Of a stretch of 64,000 nucleotides of DNA, positions 53,093 through 64,000 are shown in pieces. The notes under the pieces were generated by a model, which saw only the letters and a program-made list of their open reading frames with translations, ran no database searches and was not told the DNA's origin. How positions within the stretch are numbered: the stretch's first letter is position 1; each line of letters begins with the position of its first letter. The stretch spans positions 34,906,001-34,970,000 of the forward strand of contig OX597827.1 in assembly GCA_951406725.2 (NCBI GenBank). Reading direction: 5' to 3'. This DNA comes from Octopus vulgaris. Lineage: Eukaryota. The translations under genes were made by a program, and so were the position numbers.

Positions 53093-54567
53093 GAAGATAA
53101 TATTTAGAAGAGATTCTCTGACAGTCGGCGATAATCTGGTTGTGTATGTATGTATGTATGTATGTATGTATGTATGTATGTATGTATGTATGTATGTATG
53201 TATGTATGTATGTATGTATGCATGTATGTGTGTATGTATGTATGCATGTATGTATGTATGTATGTATGTATGTATGTATGTATGTATGGATGTATGGATA
53301 TATGTATGTAGGTAGAAAGTTACGTATGCGATCTATACCGTAGGAAATTTTATAACCGATTTGGCCAAGATACATACATGTATACCTGAAAGTATAAAGC
53401 ATACATGTATACCTGAAAGTATAAAGCATGCTTGTGCTGCAATTGGGTGCTGTACAGAGTGGGCACCCAGTTGCAGCACATGAATAGAAATACTGTAACT
53501 GCAACAAAAATACGAGTCACTTGTTGGCTTTAGAATCCATTGTAGGTCTTATGGTCACTGAAAATAAAATAAAATAAAATAAAATAAAATAAAATAAAAT
53601 AAAATGAAATAAGATAATTTACCAGCGATGGTCAAACTATTCTAACAAGCTATCGAGCCCAGTACTCAACTGGTACTTATTTTATCGACCCCGAAGGATG
53701 AAAAGTAAAGTCGACCGCGATGGTATTTGTACTCAGAACGTTAAGACGGATGAAATGCATGTATTAAATGAATCCTTACTAACTACAGAGTCACAATTTC
53801 TTTTAGCTAAATTGTCTAACTAATATCAAAGGTTATTAAATTGCATTCTGAGGGTAAAATTAGATACATTCAGGAGTCATATTTATACGACGATAATCGA
53901 CAGCTAATTCTAGCTTTCGTTCGATTTCTTCCATTCATTATTTTTCTTTTTCTCTTTCTCATTCCTTTTTTCTTCTTTTCGTTTTTTATTTAACTTCACA
54001 AATATTCCCGTGTATACATGCGTGCTTGTATGTGTCAGTGCATGTGTGTCCACGTGCCAATGCATTTACATGCATGTATCTACGTGCACGTGTATATACA
54101 GACACAGACGTACATTTATTTATAGATATGCATAAGTCTATGTAATTTAAATCTGAATGAATATGCTTAGGTGTGCGTGCGTGTGTGTGCGTGCGTGTGT
54201 GTGCGCGCGCGCGTGTGTGCGTGCGTGTGCATGCATGCGTACGTGTATGTAAGCAGGTGCGTAAACACATACACAGATAATTATGGTTGTCTTCATGTGT
54301 AATTTTCTATTTTTCATATGTGAAATTATGTAGCATTTTCATGTCTCTGTAACAGTAGTTTTCGAGATGGTTCTGGGATGTTCGTTATGTTCTGCTACAT
54401 ACATACATACATACATACATACATACATACATACATACATACATACATACATACATAGAACTCAATACGCAAAGCAGAGAATTGAATTTTTATTAACTGG
54501 CTACAGAGTGACTGAAGAGTCCGGTTTTGTGTCAATGTGCTTACTAAACTGAAACAAGAATATCGTG

Positions 54568-54615
<48 letters not shown>

Positions 54616-54734
54616 CACGATAGATTTTTCTTCCCTCCTTGTTTCTCTCCTTTTTTTCTGTGTCCCTTTCTGTAGAAGAGCGTAGGCTTGAAACGTAAAA
54701 GACTTTTTCTATTCCTGAGCGTTATACAAATACA

Positions 54735-54813
<79 letters not shown>

Positions 54814-55113
54814 AGAATTTACGAAAAAAAACAACAAAAGACGAAGACAGGTGGTGTACAAAACAAACAGTGTACAAAACAAACTGTGAGAACTGTATGT
54901 TTTTGATGTCATAAAAATTTATAATCTTGTGAGAGAACATCATGATCTTATGAACCAGCTCTCTTTATATGCATTAATTTGTGTATATACAATTGTATTA
55001 TAACGATGAGCATACATATTGATGCAAATATGTACGCATATTTCTTGCATACTGAAATAAATACCACATAATGAAAGTCGCGAAACGGCCAGAATGTTAT
55101 GGAAATCATTTGG

Positions 55114-55161
<48 letters not shown>

Positions 55162-55287
55162 GTGAAATAGAAAGATGAATAATCTTGTAGTAGATTAATC
55201 AAAAGTTTAACCGATACCTTAGTAGCAAAAATCACAGCAGTAAACGATTTCTGTTCAATCTGCGTTCAGCTCCATTTCTTCAATTCA

Positions 55288-55334
<47 letters not shown>

Positions 55335-55817
55335 CTCTCAAACTTCCTGATTTTTGGATTTTCAGTTGACGGATACTTGACATTACATTATTTTGAAATT
55401 GATTACTACGTGGACTGATAGCCGAGTCCGTAAGAGGAACATACTGTGATTGTTACACGATTCTATGAATCTGTAGCTTTACTAGTCATATATATCTATG
55501 GCAGTTACACTCCTGAATGTAATAAATTGGTGAGGGTAAAAAGTTGTTTTGCCCTTAATTTATACGGCAATAAGAAAATGGAGGGGATCAAGAGGTGGTA
55601 TTCATCATATTATGTCTATTTATTTATTAAAAAAAAACAATTATAACAATATACATACATATATAACATTATGCTTTATATATATAATATATAAAATATA
55701 AAAATACCAGTAATTATTAAAATATATAACGTAGAACATAGAAAGAATGTATAATATATATAACGTAGAACAGAAAGAATATATAAAATATATAACGTAG
55801 AACATAGAAAGAATAGT

Positions 55818-55941
55818 TTCTTACAGCTGTTTCAACCAAGAGGTCATAGTACCCCACGTTACTTCTATCCCTTCAGTGAAATGAAGTATTTGGTAAATAA
55901 GATTAAGGTACTTGGGTGTGCCTCTGGGCTTCGTCAGAAAG
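55818..55941 (-). ncRNA. Hammerhead ribozyme motif with long stem II
   Basis: Minus strand: CTGACGA-agcccagagg...cctcttggtt-GAAAC-AGCT-GTA; stem I weak. Confidence 0.6.
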
Positions 55942-56010
55942 TTTAGAAAGTTCATAAGGTTAAGTTATAAATATAAATACATACATATATACACACTTTT
56001 ACATATACAC

Positions 56011-56063
<53 letters not shown>

Positions 56064-56390
56064 CATATATATATATGTATATGCATACAAAGGAATCAAT
56101 TATTATCATTATTAGGTGTATTATATTATTCTGATTAGATAAAGTATAAATAGAGGAAAGAAAATTATCAAAAGAGAAATAATAGTGGAATTTAAATAAT
56201 CAATCTATCTTAAGATTATTGTAGTTATGTAGGAATGAAAATGTATATAAATGAAGAATACACACACACACACACACACACACGCATATTTACGTACAAA
56301 CATACCCATAGGTACATACATATTTCATGTGTTGAGAAGGGAGGATTACTGCAGTAGTTCGTATTTTTCTTTTAATATAATTAGAATTAT

Positions 56391-56459
<69 letters not shown>

Positions 56460-56600
56460 TGCGATATGTTTTCTATTGAGGGCTTGAGATAAAGGTCAAC
56501 AATAAGTAGGTTAGAGTTTATAAGGGGTTAACCCACTTATTGTGAACATTTATCTCAAGACCTCAATAAAAAACATATCGCATGTTTATCTGTATGTATG

Positions 56601-56655
<55 letters not shown>

Positions 56656-56955
56656 CATATATATTTTTTAAAGATAACATTCGTACATGCTACGATGAAT
56701 TCTACGGTTGGCTTTCGAGCTTGTAATGTTATGTTTTCTCTTATATTTCTTGAGTTTGTTGCACTGATGAACATGAAATGCATATTCTGCATTAAATGCG
56801 AAATCACATGTGATATGTAACTGAATTCTTTTTTAAAATGATGTGTTTTGAAGTTTTGCATTCGGTAATATTTTGTTTATTTTTAGTACTTTTGACCGCA
56901 TTGGTCCCTCTTAGCGTGTTGGTATCTACTAATAGTAGTACCCTCATTATAATAT

Positions 56956-57038
<83 letters not shown>

Positions 57039-57047
57039 TTAGTTACG

Positions 57048-57414
57048 GTCCAGTTTAGTCCATTATTACTGAAGATTTGGGTATGAGACGCGTGTCTGCC
57101 AAGTTTATGTCAAAGCTGCTTTCAGCTGACGAAAATGACACTCGCGTTTCAGTTGCACAGTATCTCTTTGATTGTGTCGAGAACGATGAAAACTTTTTGA
57201 AAACTTTGCGTAGGCCACTGAACAGGTATCGCCAAGCTTTTGGCAAAATGTGATGTAAACATCAGAAGTAAACATCAGAAGTGAACTAGAACGTTAAAAC
57301 TTAGTGCGCATGCACAGTAGAGTTGAAGGTCAATCTATGCGAAGCGGGTTCAATCTGCATGTTTTAACTTCGTTACTATGGCAACAGTCTGGATATTTAT
57401 TGATCAGACCACGT
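57048..57414 (+). mobile_element. Internally deleted mariner relic
   Basis: EDLGMRRVSAKFMSKLL remnant; TIR-like end tttattgatcagaccacg|ta. Confidence 0.65.
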
Positions 57415-57539
57415 ATATATATATTTTTTCTTCGGCTCTGAGACTCATAAGGCCGTTTCACAGCGTATATGTGACCGAGATCACAACATTTTCCCTGTAT
57501 GGAACGCCGATCTGTTGGAGAGTGCAAGGCCAGCAATTT

Positions 57540-57727
57540 TAAGGCGAGAGGACAAGTCGATGTAATCGACTCTAGAACTTGATGGTACTTTATTTTATTG
57601 ATTTTTGAAGGGATGACAGGCAGAGTTGACCTCGGCAGGATTTGAACTCAGAATGCAAAGAAGCCGGAAGAAATGCCACTAAGCATTTTGTCCGATATGT
57701 TAATGATTATCTCATCTCGCCACCTTA
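57540..57727 (-). mobile_element. SINE family B, diverged
   Basis: gttgacctcggcaggatttgaactcagaa...ctcgccacctt. Confidence 0.75.
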
Positions 57728-57899
57728 TAAGTATATATTACTTTAAAAAATTACTGATTTGACATCTATTAATTAGAACAATGTACTTCAGATCTAATCG
57801 AAATAATTCTTTTATTCATATTATAGGTAACAAAGATGTCTACGGTATCAGAACGGAGACTCATCAAGGAAATAATAGTAATGCTACTGATTACTTGGT

Positions 57900-58730
57900 A
57901 CCAAGGTGCGTTCAGATATAATTTTCCTTTTTTATTATTTTACACTTTCTAAAGATTTGCGTTTTTGTATGCTTTACGATTTGGTCATTTTCTTTATTGT
58001 AGTTGGAGACAAGATTAGCCCTTCCACTTTTCTTACAATATCCTTTTCTAACAATATATCTTTTAGCATATAAGGTTGGATTGATTAGACAGGTCTACAG
58101 AATTTGAGGATGGAAATATTTCTGTTGAATAGACAAGTGTTTCTGAAGAACTTTTTCGTGTTGAATCCAGATATGTCTTTCGTTTTCACCAGTCACATTA
58201 GGATCTTTGTCTACACACTCACTACCTTCATTTTTCAAAAAAACATGCAATTTTCCTTGATTTTATGTCCTGGTCTGTCTCTGGAGCAGTGGGCTAAATG
58301 TTAAAAATGCTTCATTAGCACTCTTCTCTTGCAAAGAGTATAGTAAAATTATGACTACATCTGATTTTGCGCGTAGAGAGCTTAATTCTAGTAAAATTTC
58401 GGCTAGAAATGGCTGTTTTTTTTGCCTACGATAGAGAAAATACAAAAGAAGGCCTTAGGTCGTTCTATTTTATTGATACAGAATCTAACATGGTAAACAT
58501 TTTTGGAAACAACAAAAGAAATTCTTGAAAAATGCTTTGGTCTTTTTATTCGTTGGGATGTAAAATGAGCATAATTTTTTTTTGTTCAGTCACTCGGATC
58601 AATTTCTACAAAATTTGGGAGACGTCACTCATGAAAAAGGAGAAATAATCCAACACGATATGAAAGTAGTAGAGGAGAGATATGAAAGAAGATGGAATGT
58701 GAATATGATGGCTAATTACCGTACTTAAAA
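57900..58730 (+). mobile_element. Degenerate DNA transposase 3' remnant (CMC/Chapaev3-like)
   Basis: 58590-58720 reads HSDQFLQNLGDVTHEKGEIIQHDMKVVEERYERRWNVNMMANY, resembling the HLDFFP.NLG.VSDE.GERFHQDI motif. Family name from memory. Confidence 0.5.
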
Positions 58731-58757
58731 ATATCACAATGATAATTGATGCTTTTA

Positions 58758-58837
<80 letters not shown>

Positions 58838-59209
58838 GTAAATATAAGGACTTGCTAATGGAAATTGAAAAAATGTGGCATTTCAGGGCGACTAGAGTAC
58901 CAATGATTGTGGGATCTCTAGGAATGATAAAAAAAGGTACTGAAGCCTATTTGAAAATGATACCAGGCTTACCATCACTACAGGAAGTGCAAAAAATCGT
59001 GTTGACTGGAACAGCTCATGTACTGAGAAGAGCATTATCGCTGTGAAAACAACATCCATTCATGAATTTATTTATTCATTAATTTTTTACATATATATTG
59101 TACCTGTGAATTTGCCTGTGTAATCTGGGAATGCATACAATGAGCTTCTCTGCCCTAGGTGTACGGAAAACACTCGGCGAGAAACGGAAGAAAATTTGAA
59201 GAAAGAAGT
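58838..59209 (+). mobile_element. R4/Dong-type non-LTR element 3' end embedded in (TAA)n
   Basis: KYKDLLMEIEKMW...VPMIVGSLG...LQEVQKIVLTGTAHVLRRAL; (TAA)n on both sides. Confidence 0.85.
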
Positions 59210-59306
59210 AATAATAATAATAACAACAACAACAACAACAACAACAACAATAATAATAATAATAATGATGATAATAATAATATTAATAATAATAATAATA
59301 ATAATG

Positions 59307-59338
<32 letters not shown>

Positions 59339-59342
59339 GATT

Positions 59343-59430
<88 letters not shown>

Positions 59431-59540
59431 TAATAATAATGATAATAATAATAATATTAATAATGATAATGATAATGATTATGATGATGATTATGATGAT
59501 GATGATGATGATGATAATAATAATAATAATAATAATAATA

Positions 59541-59732
59541 GATGCAGTACCAGGCATGCCCTGATGCAGTACCAGGCATGCCCTGATGCAGTACCAGGCA
59601 TGCCCTGATGCAGTACCAGGCATGCCCTGATGCAGTACCAGGAATGCCCTGATGCAGTACCAGGCATGCCCTGATGCAGTACCAGGCATGCCCTGATGCA
59701 GTACCAGGCATGCCCTGATGCAGTACGAGGCA
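59541..59732 (+). repeat. 22-bp tandem repeat (gatgcagtaccaggcatgccct), 8 copies plus a partial
   Basis: Direct reading; the unit equals the end of the adjacent element. Confidence 0.95.
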
Positions 59733-60266
59733 GTGGCTCTCATGGCTTCTGATCTTAACTGATTGGAAGTGTTATCATGTACATTGTTTTGTCTTGGTAT
59801 AAAAGATGGGCTACAGCAAATATTCTGCTCAATACCACAGATTTGCTTGTCAGTTGTTTGACCTTAACCAGTTGAGCATGTCCCTTAGTGGCTGACGATA
59901 TGTGCATCTCTGATCACAAGCAGAAGTAGTGGGGGAGCATCATAGCCATGTGTTGAGAGGGATTTTTTTGGGGTTTGAATAATTCACCTCTGGAAACATG
60001 GGTGGTTCTTTCAACATCCTTGAATAACCCTTATTCAGGGACCTTTTGAGCAGGCTGGGTTACTCGACCAGAAGAAAATTCTAACCGGGCCCCACATGCA
60101 AGGTCATGTGCTGTTTATCTTGATATGAGATCACCATGTCACGCACATATGGTTGTGATGCATGTGCCTGGTGTACTCTTATCAGACGGGTAGTCATGAT
60201 GGGTATATTGGGCTTCGTATATTTTACCCCAGTGTCACTTTGATGGCATGAACTGCTCTCTCACTC

Positions 60267-60310
<44 letters not shown>

Positions 60311-60391
60311 TAAAAAATGTCCCGATGCAGTACCAGGCAGTGGCTCTCATGGCTTCTGAGAGGAAGTGTTATCATGTACATTGTTTTGTCT

Positions 60392-60433
<42 letters not shown>

Positions 60434-60447
60434 TGATAATAATAATG

Positions 60448-60485
<38 letters not shown>

Positions 60486-60486
60486 T

Positions 60487-60559
<73 letters not shown>

Positions 60560-61088
60560 TAATAATAATAATAATAATAATAAAAATGTCCCGATGCAGT
60601 ACCAAGCAGTGGCTCTCATGGCTTCTGAGAGGAAGTGTTATCATGTACATTGTTTTGTCTTGGTATAAAAGAAGGGCTACAGCAAATATTCTGCTCAATA
60701 CCACAGATTTGCTTGACAGTTGTTTGACTTTAAACCAATTAGTGGCTGACAATATGTGCATCTCTGATCACGAGAAGTAGTGGAGAGCATCATAGCCATA
60801 TGTTGAAAGGAATTCTTTGGGGTTTGGATAATTCACCTCTGGAAACATGGGTTTTCGTTCAACATCCTTGAAATAACCCTTATCCAGGGACCTTTTGAGC
60901 AGGATGGGCTACTTGACATGACAAAAATTCTAACTGGGCCCCACCTGCAAGGTCATGCGCTGTTTATCTTGAAATGAGGTCACCATGTCGCGCATATATG
61001 GTTGTGATGTTTGTGCCTAGTGTACTTTTAGACGGGTAGTCATGATGGTTATAGTGGGCTTCGTATATTTTACGCCAGTGTGACTTTG
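59717..61088. mobile_element. Unclassified about 550-bp non-coding repeat embedded in (TAA)n: copies at 59717-60267, 60318-60395 (partial) and 60584-61088
   Basis: Copies are clearly homologous and separated by TAA/TGA microsatellite. Confidence 0.75.
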
Positions 61089-62501
61089 ACATATCAGAAT
61101 GGAGTTCGGACTGAGAAAGTGTGGTGTGTTAGTCTTGAAGTGAGGAAAAATCAAATGTATGGACGAGCTAACGATACCGTCGGAGGAGGTTATGAAACAA
61201 ATAGAAGAGACTTGAGGATTTTGGAAATGGATAAATCGATGGAGAAAGAAATGACAGAAAAATTAAAGGTGGAGTACTTGCGCAGACTGAGACTGATCCT
61301 AAAGTCGAAATTAAACGGACGGAATAATATTGAAGTTATCAACACCTGGGCGGTTTCGCTCCTTAGATATGGAGCAGGGGTAATCGCATGGACAGTAGAC
61401 GAACGAAACAGATTAGATAGAAAGGCAAGGATGTTGCTAACTAGATATAGGGCACTCCACCCAAAAAGTGACACAGACAGACTGTATCTACCGAGAAAAA
61501 GAGGTGGGTAGAGGACTTATTGGATGCAAACACAGCGTTAGAGCAGAAGAAAACAACATAGCATGGTATGAAAATATGCCACAGAACCGCTATTATTAGA
61601 AGTAAGGTCAGGCTTCTCTAGGATGAAAGATAAAGATAAAGCACTGTACAAGCAATTGAAAACGAATGAAACTGAAAATAGGTGGGTAAAGAAAAGAATG
61701 CATGTTCAATTTCATAGGGATGTTGAAGATAAAACAGACAGAGAAAAAAGATAGCTGTGGATGACTAAAAGTGATTTAAAACCGGAAACGGAGTCTCTAA
61801 TCTGTGCTGTCCAAGAGCAAGCACTAAGAGCAAATTACATAAAATATAGAATAGACAACACATCGGAAAGTGATAAGTTCAGAATCTGTGGACGAAATGG
61901 TGAAACCATATGGCATATTACTAGCCAATGTTCGCCACTAGCCCAGAAGGAATATAAGAGACACGACGACAATATAGCCAGGCTTGTCAATTGGACACTT
62001 TGCAACAAGTGTGGACTTGACAGAGCAAAAAGTTGGTACGACCACAAACCCGAAGGCATTATCGAAAATAAAAATGCAAAGATCCTATGGGATTTTATGA
62101 TTCAGTGCGACCATGAGATAGAGAATAGGAAGCCAGACATAGTCTTAATTGGGAAAGAAAACAAACTATGCTGGATCATAGATATAGCATGCCCAGCAGA
62201 CAACAAGGTATGCGATAAAGAAGAAAGAAAAGTCGAAAGATATGACAGGTTAGCTTGGGAAGTTAAGCAGTTGTGGTCGATGAAAAAGGTAGCAGTAGTG
62301 TCAATAATTGTCTGAGCCCTGGGAAGAGTGAGTAAAAACCTCGAGAAGCACATGGATCAAATAGGGGCTGCAATAAGGGTGGAGCACTTGCAGAAAACAG
62401 CACTGCTTGGAACCGCTCGAATACTCCGGAAGGTGCTCGAAAAATAAGAGGTGTTACCTTAGTTCATTGGTAATGAACAGCGTTAGAAGCTGTGCAAAAG
62501 C
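61088..62501 (+). mobile_element. 5'-truncated R4/Dong-clade retrotransposon (RT C-terminus, CCHC knuckle, RLE endonuclease), disrupted
   Basis: MEFGLRKC, RLYLPRKRGG, ETESLICAVQEQAL, ETIWHITSQC, ILWDF and RKPDIVL...IIDIACP motifs; (TAA)n tail. Confidence 0.92.
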
Positions 62502-62570
<69 letters not shown>

Positions 62571-62682
62571 CTTTGCATTGGAACCGCTCGAATACTCCGG
62601 AAGGTGCTCGAAAAAAAAAAAAAAAAAAGAGGTGTTACCTTAGTTCATTGGTAATGAACAGCGTTAGAAGCTGTGCAAAAGC

Positions 62683-62750
<68 letters not shown>

Positions 62751-63002
62751 GATTGTCTTAACTGGTACATAAGATTGTCTTAACTGGTACATCACACGTA
62801 TTGAGAAGAGTATTGTCGATGTGAGAACTGTTGCTGCTCATGTATTTTAATTTAACTTAAAAAAAAAAAAAAAAAAAATGAACGAACTACAGAGTTTGGT
62901 TTAATGGCCTACCAATGTATACTATGAGTTTCTTTGCCCTAGGAGTCGGGAAGACACTCGGCAAGAAATGATAGCAAATTTGAAAGAAGAAGAAAAAAAA
63001 AA

Positions 63003-63003
<1 letters not shown>
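62571..63003 (+). mobile_element. Two further R4/Dong 3' stubs in (TAA)n (62571-62682 and 62749-63003)
   Basis: The first duplicates 62400-62501; the second is homologous to 58995-59209. Confidence 0.85.
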
Positions 63004-63039
<36 letters not shown>

Positions 63040-63297
63040 GAACATGAAGACAGACGAAATACCTATTTCTTTATTGCCCACAAGGGGCTAAACATAGAGG
63101 GGACAAACAAGGATAGACAACCGGATTAAGTCGATTACATCGACCCCAGTGCGCAACTGGTGCTTAATTTATCCACCCCGAAAGGATGAAAGGCAAAGTC
63201 GACGTCGGCGGAATTTGAACTCGGAATGTAACGGCAGACGAAATACAGCTACGCATTTCGCCCGGCGTGCTAACGTTTCTGCCAGCTCGCCGCCTTA
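63040..63297 (-). mobile_element. SINE family B
   Basis: Near-identical to 52865-53092. Confidence 0.88.
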
Positions 63298-63387
63298 AAT
63301 GATGATGATGATGATGATAAAAACAACAACAACAACAACAAAAACAACAACAACAACAGCAGCAGCAGCAGCAGCAACAACAACAGC

Positions 63388-63426
<39 letters not shown>

Positions 63427-64000
63427 AATAACAATAACAACAACAAAAACCTGAAAATAATTGGTAAAATCCCGTTTGCACTTAAGGATATAATTTCAGC
63501 TAATGATGTTGACATTACAGATCTCAGTCACCTGTACTATGCATCCGTGAAAATCTCAACGATTCTATGCAGTGAAAAGATTAGAAAACGACATTGCCAC
63601 AAATAGCCTATTTAACAAGAGCATATTCAACACTAAATTTAACTCCTTAGGTCTGACATAGAATGTTTAAAAGACCTTAAGTCTGACAAGACTACCAAAC
63701 CAACAAAAATGCGAAAATTAAAGAATAGATATTATATGAAAACCATGCTTGACATCGATATCACGTGTGTATGTATACGAGTGTTCAATTTATGGGAAAG
63801 ATCCAGGGGAATAATTACAAGATAGCCAAATGTTGCTTAAGTGCACCAGGAATCAATGATCACTCTTGTGTGGGTGTTAATTTCGGGGAGAAGCAAGATG
63901 CATTTAGGAGAAGATAGAAAAAAAAAGAAAATGGAGACAAACGCTCAAGATGTTATTAGATCATTTATATCTTGAAGATATAAATGATTTAATAACGTCT

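Noticed and set aside
55044-55108. Possible plus-strand hammerhead (ctgaaata...gaaacggccaga)
   Set aside because: Core and cleavage triplet are non-canonical and stem II is unsupported; similarly weak candidates at about 16188 and 54512.
59541-59732. 22-bp array as CRISPR or coding repeat
   Set aside because: No spacers; the ORFs through it are artefacts.
59717-59775. Loose resemblance to U2 snRNA segments on the minus strand
   Set aside because: Matches are short and gapped; no Sm site or branch-point pairing region.
59087-60780. Poly-I/N/D/M ORFs
   Set aside because: (TAA)/(TGA) microsatellite translations.

Overview
Eukaryotic, AT-rich, repeat-dense DNA full of microsatellites ((TA)n, (CA)n, (GA)n, (TATG)n, (TAA)n, (CAA/CCA)n). 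The tRNA-type SINEs, LINE classes and single-exon C2H2 gene point to a coleoid cephalopod, probably Octopus (inference). Only one host gene is convincing: a 565-aa, 16-finger C2H2 zinc-finger ORF (18260-19957, +). Its 14 tandem fingers carry nearly identical D-x-S-H-L-K-R recognition helices, and it lies in a roughly 20-kb CpG-depleted domain. The rest is mobile-element debris: a full-length hAT with TIRs and an 8-bp TSD, mariner/Tc1 relics, MITEs, nested Helitrons, Penelope RT and GIY-YIG fragments, CR1/RTE LINEs, and R4/Dong-type RLE elements stacked in microsatellites. The most interesting signals are three minus-strand hammerhead ribozyme motifs (one inside a 451-nt terminally redundant, retrozyme-like unit), a SINE-derived 34-bp satellite at the edge of the CpG-depleted domain, and a Helitron inserted at the centre of a palindrome. 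Nearly all short ORFs in the track are microsatellite artefacts. All calls are by eye; no searches were run.
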